From the NCBI RefSeq assembly GCF_036588685.1, contig NC_086382.1, positions 24,614,001-24,678,000 of the forward strand: a stretch of 64,000 nt of DNA, given 5' to 3'. The DNA comes from Mytilus trossulus. Lineage: Eukaryota. The notes beneath the pieces were generated by a model that worked only from the letters and a program-made list of their open reading frames with translations, was not told where the DNA came from and ran no database searches. Shown piece by piece: positions 39,836-52,953 of this stretch; position 1 is the first letter of the stretch; each line of letters begins with the position of its first letter. Position numbers and translations under genes: made by a program.

Positions 39836-40271
39836 TCACTGATGAGTCTTTTTGAGACGAAACGCGCGTCTGGCGTAATTGTAAAATTTTCATCCTGGTA
39901 TCTATGATGAGTTTATTTGCAACCACTGGGTCGAGGCCACTGCTGGTGGAGATTTATTTCCCCGAGGGTATCACAAGCCCAGTAGTCAGCACTTCTGTGT
40001 TGACTTCAGTTTTCATTGATATGTTCATAACTATAAATTAACTGTTAACAAAACTTTGAATTTTTGAAAAACTAAGGCTTTTCTACCTCAGGAATAGATT
40101 ACCTTAGCTGTATTTGGCAAAACTTCTAGTAATTTTTGGTCCTCAATGCTCTTCCACTTCGTATTTTATTTGGCCCTTTTTACATTTTTTGATTCGAGCG
40201 TCACTGATGAGTCTTTTTGAGACGAACGCGCGTCTGGCGTAATTATGAAATGTTCATCCTGGTATCTATGA
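39836..40271 (+). mobile_element. Retrozyme-like element: ~365-bp unit bounded by two hammerhead-containing direct repeats
   Basis: CTGATGA at 39839 and 40204; ~70-bp direct repeats; predicted GUC cleavage after 39870 and 40234. Confidence 0.88.
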
Positions 40272-41180
40272 TTATTTTATTTTTATTAGAGTTTGGTGCC
40301 TTCGAAATTATTATATTAGTGTTAAGATACCACCCGATGCCTACTGAAAGAACTGTGCTTATTGGGAACTGTCGCGGTACCGTCATTAGTTTGTGTATAA
40401 GCGAATTTGAGAGTGTGTAAGAATAAATTTATAAAATGAAGCATTCAATTCTTAACTAAAGATAAATAATGTCTCACGGTATACATTTTAATTTGTTTTG
40501 CCAATTGTTTTAAGTATTTTTGGTTTTTATTTTTAAAATCTATTTGAATATACGAAAACAACGAACCGACATACTGGCAAATAAAGAAAACAGTACTCGG
40601 CATACTGCTGTTCACATGTCATATAATTGACATACTTTATCATTTTCAAAATTATCCTAGCAAAAGTTTATATCTTTTCATTATAATTTAAAGTTTTTTT
40701 CAGTTGTATGTGCTCGAATGATGTTGCATGCATGACTATCTATTTTTAAATGATAAAGTATTTTAAATATTGTATGTATGTATGTAATTAAGCTTACTAC
40801 TTTTTCAGTATTTGCTGTGTAATAAAGATAATGTGATGTGTATACACAACATGACATTGTTTAATTGTATAATGTGTAGTTCCTGCAAGCAGGAGAACTA
40901 TTTGTTTGAAAATATATAAATGTTTGCCGCAGGTTTGCAGTATACACGCAGCAGGTCTGCTGCAAACACGCAGGTTAAAATTAATCTGCATAAAATTGTT
41001 TGCTGCAGATCTGCCGCGAACACTCATTTGCATATAATTTTTTTCAGCAGGTCTCATTTGCATGGTAAATTGTTTGCAGCAGACCTGCAGCGTGTTTGCA
41101 GTAAAACATGCTGCAAACTCAGACCTGCAGTAACTATTTGCAGAAGGCTGACTTTTTCAGTAAGGGGTTATAATCTTTAC

Positions 41181-41332
41181 CAGTGTCAGATCCAGAACTT
41201 TGCATAAGGTCGGTGACTGACCTAGGATGGGGACTGAAGTCATGCCTCAGTAATTCCCTATATAATCAACCAAAATTTTCCCACGAAAAAGGGGGGTCGG
41301 ATCCTCCAACTCCCTCCCTGGATCCGCCTATG
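41181..41332. mobile_element. Short MITE, second copy of the 13766-13918 family
   Basis: Reverse-complement similarity (tataatcaaccaaaattttcc, ggatccgcc). Confidence 0.6.
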
Positions 41333-42356
41333 TTGACTTATGATTGACATGCAATTTTGGACACACAGAGTAAATTCAAAGATCTAAGACAAAATAAGAT
41401 TTAATTCATTAGATTGGGCTTATCAAGAATCATGCTGATTTCAAAAAATGAATATGTGTTTTTTTTATATTCAATTGGGTTCGAATTAACTGGTCTAATT
41501 GATTAGTATTTGAGTTGGTTAAACAATCTTATTTTAAGACAAAGAATCAGTATACATTACTGACTATAAATGCGCATACCTTTTCACTTTGGAAGTGCTC
41601 CTGAGAGGGGAGGACATTACCAGTTACAGAAACAGTATGGTATATGATAACGTAGTTTTGGGTAAAAAAAAAAAGAAAATAATTGTTTTAACTTCCAACA
41701 CGTTATTTAATTTTTATACTGAAAAGCTTATAAAGAATAACACATACTCTTTTTAAAAGAACATCCATTTTCTATCAATCCATGATGATATATAAAAATA
41801 CCAATTCAACAACCACATGCACACAAAACTTAAACTAGGATTGAGCAAGGCAGTCCGTATTTTTTTTTTAGAAACTCAAACTTGTTTTGGGAACTTTTTG
41901 GTTTAAATTTTATTTATTTTGTTTGTGGTCTTAGGACATCGCAGCCTTCGGTTACTCCCCTTTCAACATTTCCGGCGGGAGTTTGAAACGTAAATATTTT
42001 CATATGTGACAGATATATAACTAAAAAGAACTGTTTTGTTCGGTAATGATTGAGTAAACGTAAACTAGAATGCATTCAAAATGAAATTGTGACAATTACC
42101 GAAAGTATTCTGACTTTAACAACTCTTTATTTTTACTTTTGGCATTGCATACCTCTCAACTTCTCAAAGTCTCCATGGGGATTTTATGCACAAGCCACAA
42201 GATATAAGGTCAGTTTAGCCCTATTAGGAATGGATAAGCGTAATTATTTTAAGGAAAACATACCTTATACTCCTAAGACACCAATGTCAACTGGTCATAC
42301 TATCAGACCTGCCAGCTTTTTAAAATCTCCATGGTCATGATGGTGGATTTGCATGG

Positions 42357-42958
42357 GGAATCTGGGTCTGTTCGCCCCCATTCACTTTCACACCCTACAC
42401 GTTCGCACCCAATTTTTATTGCTTTTGTGTTTAATAACTTTGTAATCAAGTTTTGGCAAATGTATTCATATAACATGTATAAGTATATTTGTTGTCATTG
42501 TCTGACAACGTTGTTTTTTTGTGTTGAATACGTATACATCTTATTCTTGTTTTGGTTTGTGTATTGCTAACTTTTATTTCATTGTTTCAAAATAAAGTGA
42601 GACTCTGACAACATATTTTTTGTGTTGAAAATAAATTTTAATCATGTTTTGGTTAGTGTATTGCTATAACTTTCATGACTTTATGTTTCATTGTTTCAGA
42701 TCAAAATGGCCAATCTGTTAAAATCTTTTGTGTTTTTCATTTAAAATCTTCAATGTTTTACTCATACCAAGCTAAATACATGCAGTATTTACATCAAATC
42801 AATTACAAAGTTTGAAACAACAATCTTGATTTTCTCATAATAAATTATTCAACTGGAATTTGATTTTAAATTGGGTGCGAACTGACCTTGGGTGTGAATG
42901 TGCAAGGTGCAAACGTGTAGGGTGCGAAAATATATTTGGCGTAAACGGACCTGATTCA
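42357..42958. mobile_element. MITE with imperfect TIRs and 8-9-bp TSD
   Basis: gaatctgggtctgttcgcc / ggcgtaaacggacctgattc; ttgcatgg(g) on both flanks; subterminal ttcgcacc/ggtgcgaa repeats. Confidence 0.75.
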
Positions 42959-43640
42959 TTGCATGGGTACAACTGTAAAAGTCAAATAAGTACAGCTGGT
43001 CAAATTGGCACCCATAGAAAAAGTCAAATCGGCACCTTGTTGTTTGTTTCAAATAACCGTAATGATGTGATGTATGTGATGTCATAGAAAATACTTTTAA
43101 AATAGAATCAATATGTAAAAGACCATAATCATGATAAAGATAGGACATTCAGGATAATAATTTAGATAAAACATAGCTGAGAGGTTAATACAGCAGATTG
43201 GTACCCCTTGAAAAAGATACAGTATGTGTTATTTATAATGATACCTGTTGAGTGTTGTAACTGTTGATTAGCTAGGGGTCGTAAACAAAGTCATAAACTT
43301 GTTGCTATGTAAAATTTTGTACAGTTTTTTTTTTAACTCTTACCAATTAAAATGAAGATCAATTTCGTCAGGTAATGAAAATTGTTAGTCCAAATAGATC
43401 AACCATCTTTCCCCACACATGTGCACAATATGCTAGAAATATCGCCAGCAGACATATTTTGTCGCCAGATTAAATAAAAATTCGCAGATTGCAACATTGG
43501 CAACACACAGCATGGTCCCTGGTTGTGACCATTGATCTACAAATGTATCGTAGGGTCCTAAACTTGACATACAAAATTATAGATATTTAGAAACTGATCT
43601 GACAGAAAATTTCAAAATTGGTAACCAATAATTTTTTCAG

Positions 43641-43784
43641 GTGCATGTATGTTTTGTGAAAATCTGGATGGGAAGGCCTTGTAAGTGTATTACAATTCCA
43701 ATATCAATGGATATCTGGATTCAGATTTAGGCATGAAAATCAGAATGATACTGTCAAAATCAGGATAGTCATGATAGTGGGCAG
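43641..43784 (+). other. HDAC8: Candidate 5' UTR exon of HDAC8
   Basis: Acceptor attttttcag and donor CAG|gtaagc; next acceptor tgattgtag at 43922; stops in frame with the main ORF. Confidence 0.55.
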
Positions 43785-43940
43785 GTAAGCACTTTTTACT
43801 GTGAAATTGTAGCTCTATGTACATCATGTACATGTAGTATATCAATCCATTCAAGATAAACATTCAACTTAGTGCATTTGTATTTTGTTTACAACTCTCT
43901 ACATTGTACATTGTGATTGTAGCTTCCAGTTTCACAAACA

Positions 43941-45104
43941 ATGGAGAAAGATATCTTAGATGGAGTTGAACATGTTGAAAGGGACAGCAAAGAAAGTCTG
44001 AATTCTAAATCTTTTGATACCTTTGGACCAGATGAAAATTTTGTGCCTACAGTTTTAGACTTTATTAACAATGAAACACCTGAAAGTAATATTAAAAGTG
44101 ATAAAAATGAAACAAATTTGTCACAAAATACAGAAAATGACCAAGCTGACAGAAATACAATTTTAGAAGCTTGTGAGACAAAACTAAACCAATCGACATC
44201 CTCTGGTAAAAATGAGAATGTGGTAAAATCTACAGAGGATTTAGAATCTAAACCACACACATTGTTGACAAATGATAAAACAATTCTGGATCATGCCAGT
44301 GTCAATGTTAATGATGAAGATGAAACTTGCAAAACATGTTCCAAAGAGACTATTTCTTCATTGACAAATGAAATAACAATCCTTGATCATGCCAGTATCA
44401 ATGTTGATGACCAGGATCAAACTTCCAAAACAATTTTAAAAGGCACTATTCAACCTATTTCTTCATGTTCAGAAAATGAGAGTTTTGGTTCACTCCAGAT
44501 AAATGTTGATGACAGAATTTTGTCAAGTGAAAAACTTCAAAAAGCTGTGGATAAAATTATTGAAGAAGATATGGAAATTGATTCATCTGATATCGATGTT
44601 CCCCATGTTCAAGAGAAGACCAATCCATGGGAACTCTTAGAAGACTCTTCCTTGTGTTCTAATGAGGTCACATATATTAGTGAAAAAGACAAAGTTGACA
44701 AAATTGAAGTTACAGATGACATTTATGATATTGATAATGATGTTCATCAAGAAACAACGCATACACCTTCCTTACAAATGTTAAGAAAAGATCAAAAGAA
44801 AGAAAGGTCAATCTTTCAAGGTCAAGATGACAGCTGTCAGGCTGCTGGAGACAAAACTAGTGAGGATTTATCTTTAAAGCAGGTTAAATGTATAGACACA
44901 AAATTGAAACCTGTTTCTGAATTAGGAATCAAGAAACTAGGACTTTCAAAGCAATCAAAAACTTCTGAAGACGTAACTGAAAAGCTAAGAAAAGAAAAGC
45001 TTTCTCATACTGTAGATAAGAAGAACAAAAATCAGAAAGTTGTTTATATTTACAGTAAGGAGCTGATTCAGATTTGTGATCAGATGCAGAAAATACCTTG
45101 TAGA
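43941..45104 (+). CDS. HDAC8: HDAC8 coding exon 1 (long acidic N-terminal extension + VYIYS...IPCR)
   Basis: C-terminal VYIYSKELIQICDQMQKIPCR matches HDAC8 [21 protein letters not shown]; phase-0 donor AGA|gtaagt; start ATG inferred. Confidence 0.85.
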
Positions 45105-45610
45105 GTAAGTAGAATGTACAAATGTATACAGGTATAGGGGTAAATTCAGTAAAAAATCTCCTATTTACTTTAATGCTATTCTATGTCATATATGTATGAA
45201 AATAAATTTATACCTGATTTACCTTTAGAAATTAGAAACTTTCATATATCATTCATGAAACTACAAATGTATCCCTATCTTTTGCAACAATACAAACATA
45301 GGGTCATGCAGCATTTTTGAGCATTCACATGGCTTTTTTTACAAACAATGTAGATTCACACTGAATTCCTATACTGACCACATTTACCATGTTTACTTTA
45401 AACCCTGTAGGAAAAAAAATAGTACATTCAGCATTTTTTTTTTTTTTTTTTCAACTCTAGTTTTGATCCATCTATCCAAAATTATTTATTACAAACATTA
45501 TCTACCAATCAGAAGAGCACATGACTTCAGTTTAACACATAAAGCTCTCCCCCAAATGGGCGGTCCCTGATGACGTATATTTATTTACTGAATTTACCCA
45601 TATACATGGT

Positions 45611-45903
45611 ATAGAATTGAGAATGGAAATGGGGAATGTGTCAAAGAGACAACAACCTGACCGTTGAAAAAAACAACAGCAGAAGGTCACCAACAGGTCT
45701 TCAATATTGTAGCGAGAAATTCCCACACCCAGAGGCGTCATTCAGATGGCCCCTTAACCATGTTAACAAGTATATATATACAAGTTCAGTGATTATGAAC
45801 ACCATACTAATTTCCAAATTGTACACAAGAAACTAAAATAATACAAGACTAACAGAGGCCAGAGGCTCCTGACTTGGGACAGACACAAAAATGCAGCGGG
45901 GTT
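45611..45903 (-). repeat. Family A copy in HDAC8 intron 1
   Basis: Reverse complement of 3660-3953. Confidence 0.85.
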
Positions 45904-46507
45904 ATATATACATTCATTTGACATTGTATATATTATAAATATTTTAAGGTAAATTTTAATAATCAATGATTATTTATCAATGTATATGGAATAACTAATT
46001 CATGTTATCATGAGTGATCATGGTAATTGAAGAATCCAAATTAATAGAGGAACATTCAACAAGTGACCAACATGACCAAGCAACACATTAATTTATGAAT
46101 GCGCTTGGTGCGTTACTTTTTTTTTATGAAATTCAAGTAGAAAATGTAAAGAATATATATTTTTTTCTACACATTCAAAATTTGTTTTGGTCCAACGTTA
46201 TTGATGTCTTGCATTGACAACGCCCATCATGCCTTTTGTTGTATGATGTCAGAGGAGTGATATAACCACGTTTATTTAACATGTAAAATTATTGGTTTTC
46301 ACTGGGAAATCAATGTATTTCATTGCAACCAATTTATCAGTAAGTCACTATAGCACTCATTTTCTATACAGAAATATTATTTTCATTTGCATATAATAAT
46401 AGTTTTCAACATGTAAAATAAATTGTGAAATGTGGTGCTTAAACTATGTCTGTATCAACATTTTCAAATCTTCCTGAAATACAAAATTGTCTTTCATCTT
46501 TATAAAG

Positions 46508-46963
46508 ATAAAATTGAGAAAGGAAATGCGGAATGTGTCAAACATTTTTGTCAAAGCGACAACAACCCCAACATAGAGCAGACAACAGCTGAAGGCCACC
46601 AATGGGTCCATGGGTCCTTCAGCTGGACCCTTAAAAAATATGTATACTAGTACAGTGATAATGGACGTCATTCTAAACTCTAAATTATACACAAGAAACT
46701 AAAATTAAAAATAATACAAGACTAACAAAGGTCAGAGGCTCATGACTTGGGACAGGGGCAAAATTGCAGTGGGGTTAAACATGCTTATGAGATCTCATGA
46801 TCAACCCTCCTCCTATACCTCTAGCCAATGTAGAAAAGTAAACGCATAACAATACGCACATTAAAATTCAGTGCAAGAGAAGTCAGAGTCCGATGTCAGA
46901 AGATGAAACAAAAGAAAATAAATAAAATGACAATAATACATACATAACAACAGACTACTAGCT
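46508..46963 (-). repeat. Family A copy (longest) in HDAC8 intron 1
   Basis: Reverse complement of 3626-3953, extending further; ends just before the exon 2 acceptor. Confidence 0.85.
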
Positions 46964-46989
46964 AACTGTTTTATTAATTTTTATTACAG

Positions 46990-47042
46990 GCAAGTATGGT
47001 ATACAGTCTTATTGAGGCTTATGGCTTGACTCGGTACATGAG
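46990..47042 (+). CDS. HDAC8: HDAC8 coding exon 2 (ASMVYSLIEAYGLTRYMR)
   Basis: AG/GT bounded, 53 nt, matches HDAC8 ASMVHSLIEAYAL. Confidence 0.95.
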
Positions 47043-47209
47043 GTAAATATAAAAAAAAGATTGATATACATATTTGTACTTTTGTATTACACTGGGGGAA
47101 AAAACATATTAAAGTGTGAGACATATATATATACATGATATACATGTAGTTACTGGGAGAAAAAAACAAAGATGTAAATATTTTGGCTAAAATTGTAATG
47201 AATATAAAT

Positions 47210-48047
47210 AAACAGCTGTGCCATGAGCACATGATACGCCCATCGTCTTGTGTGTGTGGATGTTATGCAATAATCATAAATAGTTTCTGACATACGGTGC
47301 AACTTGAAAAACCCCCCTTTTTTTACAAAAAAACTTAATTACTCTAAAATGAAATGTTGAATCATTACTAAAAATTATACAGATCTTTAGATTAGTATTA
47401 CTAAGTATTGTGTAAAGTTTTAAGCAATAATCATAAATCCTTTTTGAGGTACATGAGGTACGGCACGACATGTGAAAACCCCCTCCCCCTTTTTTTACAA
47501 AATACTCAATAACTCAAAAATGAAATTTGAATCATCACCAAAAAGTATACTGATTTTTAGATTAATATAACTAAGAATTGTGTAAAGTTTTAAGCAATAA
47601 TCATAAATCCTTTTTAGTAACGGCACGACATGTGAGAACCCCCTCCACCTTTTTTTACAAAATACTCAATAATTCAAAAATAAAATTTGAATCATCACCA
47701 AAAAGTATACTGATTTTTAGATTAATATAACTAAGAATTGTGTAAAGTTTTAAGCAATAATCATAAATCCTTGTTGAGAGAGCACGACATGAGAAAAAAC
47801 ACATCCCTGTTTTAGTTCCAAAGTCCCATTACTCAAAAAGTTTTAATCTCATTTTCTTCAAAAAGTAAACAGCACTTTTGACCATCATAAGAAACAAACA
47901 ACTATCTTAAATTTCATGAAACTTGGATAAGTTGTTCTAAAGTAATGGTGCAACATGTTTTCGCGGGAAAGACAGATTGGCAGACAGACGCCTGACATTT
48001 GCATACCATAATACATCCCTTCAAAAATTTTGACTAGCGTATAAAAA
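47210..48047 (-). mobile_element. HINE/Helentron-like element with internal ~120-bp tandem repeats
   Basis: Internal tandem units (gtgtaaagttttaagcaataatcataaatcc), gacagac microsatellite remnant, A-run flanks. Confidence 0.65.
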
Positions 48048-48270
48048 AAAAATTGTTATGATTGCCAATGAAACAACTCTCCACAAGAGACCAAAATGAC
48101 ACAGAAATTAACAACTATAAGTCACCGTTTCTCATGATTTTATAAATTTTATGATTTGAATAATAATATACAATGTATTGATATTATCTATAAGCTATTG
48201 ACATATACATGGCATTTTGGCAAGTGCATCAATGAGAATTATGGCAATAATTTTTGTTCAATGTTTTTAG

Positions 48271-48407
48271 AGTTGTAGAACCAAGGGAGGCAACAGAAAG
48301 AGAAGTTCTTGCCTTCCATGACCTTGACTACATAGAGTTCATAAAGAAAATCAGTAACCATGACGATTCTGAAAAGTTTGAAGATGAAGCAACACACTAT
48401 GGATTAA
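48271..48407 (+). CDS. HDAC8: HDAC8 coding exon 3 (VVEPREATEREVLAFHDLDYIEF...HYGL)
   Basis: AG/GT bounded, phase-compatible, class I HDAC FH..DY motif. Confidence 0.93.
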
Positions 48408-48509
48408 GTATGAATATCTGCATATAAAGATAGTCATGATAGTAGCTTAAAGTCATAAGAAACCTCAAATAAAAAAATTTAATGCATATGTTTTTATAAC
48501 TCAATGGAT

Positions 48510-48985
48510 AGTTAGGGCCCCGCCTTTTTTTTTCGCCTTTAGGCGGGTGTCCTATAGTGATCAGTCTGTACGTCCATCCGTCCGTCCATCTGTAACACTT
48601 TGACTTTGTGTTCGCTCCATATCTAGAGAACCATTATGATTTCATACTTTATACTTTACATGTTTATTAACCACCACCAGAGGGCGTGTCATGATGTATG
48701 TACAACTTTCTAGGTCAAAGGTCAAGGTCAAAAACTTTGGTTTCAGTTGACAACCCCCTGTCCTGTGGTGAAGATCGTGTCCGCTCCATATCTAGATAAC
48801 CATTATGATTTCAAAGTTTATACTTGACATCCATTTTAACCACCACCAGAGGGCGTGTCATAATGTATGCATCCTAGGTCAAAGGTCAGTCAGTTGGTCT
48901 GTCCATCCATTCGTTATTCTTAACAAATTGTGTCCGCTCTACCTCTCGAGAAACGTTAATATTTCATACTTTATACTTGGTGGGT
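48510..48985 (+). mobile_element. HINE/DINE-like element
   Basis: 5' inverted repeat cccgcct...aggcggg, (GTCC)n microsatellite, ~165-bp internal repeats with ggtcaaaggtca. Confidence 0.65.
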
Positions 48986-50427
48986 CATAATATATTGAAG
49001 GCATAATTCTAAAAATATGTGACAAATATCAATTGGGCAGCACCTTTAAACATATTGTTCAAACATCAATCCATATATCCAGAAGTCATCTTAGAGTAGT
49101 CAACAATGAGTTCACATCATGCAGTCATATCACTATTATACTATGAAAGTAAGTTGAGAATATTTATCAGTTTTAACTTAAAATCTTAGAATAAAATCAC
49201 ACATGAGACTATGTAATAACTTCAAATAATGCTTCATATCAGATTATCCATACAACTTATTTACCCCACGTTATTGACAGCGGGGCACACAGAGATGGCT
49301 CCCATCTCAATGGTATCTAGTTTTCATTATAAAACTTATGTACATATACTTTTTTCTGAAGAAAATTCTTTAATTTATTCATATTTAGAAGAAGTTTACT
49401 TTATTTCAATTGCTGTTTCCAGGAAGCAATTCCCCCAATATATTTTCCGTATGCAAAGTGACCTCAGTGTGACCCATCTCGTAAAAATCTGGTGATCACA
49501 ATACGCATGGATGTCCTTAAAATAAACTATTATCTGAATTTACATGTTAAACACATGCTCAATTTCCATGCTTTTTTGTTTATTTTTCGTCAATTGTTGA
49601 CAAAAATGTGACAATCGTAAACTTCAAAACACGAACTTTAATTACCTGATTGACGATTATACGAAATTTAATCGAAAAAAAAATGATATATTCGAGCACG
49701 GAAGATTAAGTTTATGATGTTTATATGCATTGGTTCAAGAATTGGAAGAACATTATGTTTCACCGGTCACTTGTTCTTTATGACTTTAATATTGATATTC
49801 AACATCAAAAATACAAAGATAAATTTTACTGCTTACAACCACCACACTCATCCATAGAAACAGATATTGATCTAGATATAGATAAAAAAGATTTCAAGTT
49901 TTTCAAGAAAACAATCTAAATTTTTTTATTATCAAACGGTCACCACTTTTGATATTTACAGGCAGTTTTCCTGAGAGTTACATGTACATGTAGATGTTAA
50001 AAAACATGAAAAATGCAATTAACTATATACAAAAGTCATGTATATAACAACTAAAGAGATGTGGTATGATTGCCAATGAGACAACTTACCAGCAGAGTGC
50101 AAATGAATAAGATTAAGGCAAATTCAGGTCTCCAGACCAAATTCAATTTGCAAAAAAAATATATGACTGACTTGAACCAACAACAACTGATTTACACGCT
50201 CCTGACTTGCAATAGCTATATATGGGCACATAAAGAATAAGGAAAGGGTTAAAGATGATTGTGAGTACTCAACCCTCCATCTTACGGTACCTGTGGTAAT
50301 GGTCTTACAGCACATTACAAGAATGAGCTGTAAAATTCAGTTGAAAAGAATTCCCATCGTAACATAATCTATCAGGAATTGCTGTTTGACAAGATTTTCC
50401 TGTAGTAAAATGTGTTAAATAAATAAG

Positions 50428-50615
50428 GCAGTTAGTTTTCTTGTTTGAATTGTTTTACATTGTCTTATCGTGGCCTTTTATAGCTGACTATTCGGTATGG
50501 GCTTTGCTCATTGTTGAAGGCCATACGGTGACCTATAGTTGTTAATGTTTGTGTCATTTTGGTCTTTTGTGGATAGTTGTCTCATTGGCAATCATACCAC
50601 ATCTTCTTTTTATAT
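50428..50615 (+). repeat. Family B-related subfamily copy
   Basis: Near-identical to 61245-61375. Confidence 0.8.
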
Positions 50616-50775
50616 AAAAGAATCATGACTTCGGATGTAAATTTTATAATTACCATAAAAATGACACAAAATATATACATGTATGTCCATTATATTAGTT
50701 TTATCTTTTCAAATGCACTACAAGCTTTATGTTTTTGCTATGTGAATTGTTGACTGTACAAAATACTGTTTTCAG

Positions 50776-50917
50776 GTTATGATTGTCCCTTACAACAGGG
50801 TCTGTATAAGTATGCCACTATGTCATCAGGTGCCACCATAGTGGCAGCAGAATGTTTGTTACAGGAAACCTGTAAAGTGGCTATCAACTGGTGTGGCGGG
50901 TGGCATCATGCAGCTAA
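50776..50917 (+). CDS. HDAC8: HDAC8 coding exon 4 (YDCP...[13 protein letters not shown])
   Basis: Catalytic His dyad GGWHHA; YDCP loop; AG/GT bounded, 142 nt. Confidence 0.97.
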
Positions 50918-51975
50918 GTTAGTACCGTGTAAAACAGTTGTTCTCTGTATTTTAGATAGATTTTATTATTTTTTTGTACTTGAGAACTGAATGCTTCTTT
51001 TTGTAACTTCATTGGGGTGTAAAAGCGTTGACTGAAGTACATTTTGTATGAAGCATGGGAGTGCATGGTCAATGCTTTTACAACCTTTTGAAGTTACAAA
51101 AAGAAGCATTCCATACTTATAATTACATTTTTTAGCTTGGTTAATCATGAACACACGATATAATTTTTTTAATTTAATTCACCTGTGGCTGTGCACTTAT
51201 TGTGGGACCTCATGTTATCATGAATGATAAGTTTTATTGAGTGATGCAATTGGTTAAGGAATAACATGTGATGTGCAGGTATCCAATCAGAACAACATAT
51301 CATAATGAAACATACATCTAATGTAATTATTAATAGATATAAAATAAATTACAGTATAACTTTTCTTCAGAAAAATTATCAACATCTAATCTTTTTGAAA
51401 TCATTGGTAATGTTAGGCAGAACAATATTAATGTATTTAGTATCATCTGCTAAGATGTGGTATAATTTTTTTTCTAATAGTGCAGGGATTTCAAATTTTT
51501 AAGCAGAAGCCTGTCCTTTTTCCCATTTGCATAGCCGACCCAATACTCATTTCAAGTAAATAAGAATGCTTGGAAGAATTTTCTCCTTCCTGGTCTCAAT
51601 TTGAAATGAGAAGAATTCAGAATTGTTTAAGTACTTGATTTGAGTGGTTTTATCAATATTCCCTTTTTTTGTATTTGAAAGAAGAAAATAAAAAAGAATA
51701 TTCCATTGTATTTTGGGAGAATTTCGACAAAAAGCTTGCATGGATTTTTTTCCATGCATATATAATTAAAACAATACATGCAATTAAGTTTTAAGAAATT
51801 ATTCAAACCTGATTCTCCTATAAGGATATCTGGTTATATTTAGCTGTCTTTCGACACCCAACTATATACAGCTTTTTGTTACAATATTAAAAGTCAGGGT
51901 TAGTTTGTCCTAAGTAAGAAATATTTGGATCTGGTACATTACAAAGTCGTCAATCCATGTTCATTTTTCTTCCAG

Positions 51976-52088
51976 AGACCATGCTTCAGGGTTTTGTTAC
52001 ATTAATGACATTGTACTTGGTATACTTAAGCTGAAGGAAAAGTATGATAGGATACTGTATGTTGACCTTGACCTACACCATGGTGATG
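51976..52088 (+). CDS. HDAC8: HDAC8 coding exon 5 ([11 protein letters not shown]...[11 protein letters not shown])
   Basis: Zn-ligand motif DLDLHHGD; 113 nt. Confidence 0.97.
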
Positions 52089-52716
52089 GTAAGAATTTTT
52101 CAAAGTATTGAAAACAATTTCTGTTATGGTATATAGCTAGAGAAAGAAATTATATTGTTATATATACACAAATGCAACAAGTAAAATTGAGAATGGAAAT
52201 GGGGAATGTAACAAAGAGACAACAACCCGACCATAGAAAAAACAACAGCCGAAGGTCACCAACAGGTCTTCAATGTAATTCCTATCTATTTGTACATGTT
52301 GTAAATAAGCAATGATGTAATGCCCCAAACACATTTTTAGTATACTGTATGCCAGCAAATCTGATCATTATAAGAAAGCCTTGAACACATAAAAGTAGAT
52401 GTTTCATTTTTATACCAGGTGGACAATGTCAGGTAAATATATAAATGTCCGGAATATATATATGACTGTTTTGGAAACCATGGTCTGCTGGATTTGTATT
52501 TTACCTTGAGCTGTTTCAGTGGTACCATAATACTGCTTAAATTTCCATAGAAATGACACAGAATATTTTTTACCAAAAAAACAAAAGTCATGTAGACAGA
52601 ACTTTATCCACATATAAAAATACATGCTTTGTTGCAACTGCAACAAAATGCATATCTTTTGAAATGTTCATAGATCAGTAAAAGCTTTGAATGTATTTTA
52701 TTTATTTTGTTTGTAG

Positions 52717-52794
52717 GTGTTGAAGATGCATTTAGTGCTACATCAAAAGTTATGACTGTTTCCTTCCATAAGTACCTTACAGGATTTTTTCCAG
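52717..52794 (+). CDS. HDAC8: HDAC8 coding exon 6 ([26 protein letters not shown])
   Basis: AG/GT bounded, 78 nt. Confidence 0.97.
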
Positions 52795-52953
52795 GTAAAA
52801 AAATATTTACAGTTCTGTTGATATTTAAAGCTAAACAAAAATGCTGAAGGTATGTTCAAAGGATGCCATGAGGAAGACAACATATTTCTTTTATATAGAT
52901 AAACCCACCACAGTAATATGTGTTTTTAGTGAAAGCAGTTGTGATGGATCAAA

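Noticed and set aside
40797-41207. Overlapping ORFs rich in ctgca/tgcag motifs
   Set aside because: Internally repetitive, quasi-palindromic transposon-end-like sequence; only one plausible terminus seen, so not annotated
43889-44260. 123-aa minus-strand ORF
   Set aside because: Antisense shadow of HDAC8 exon 1
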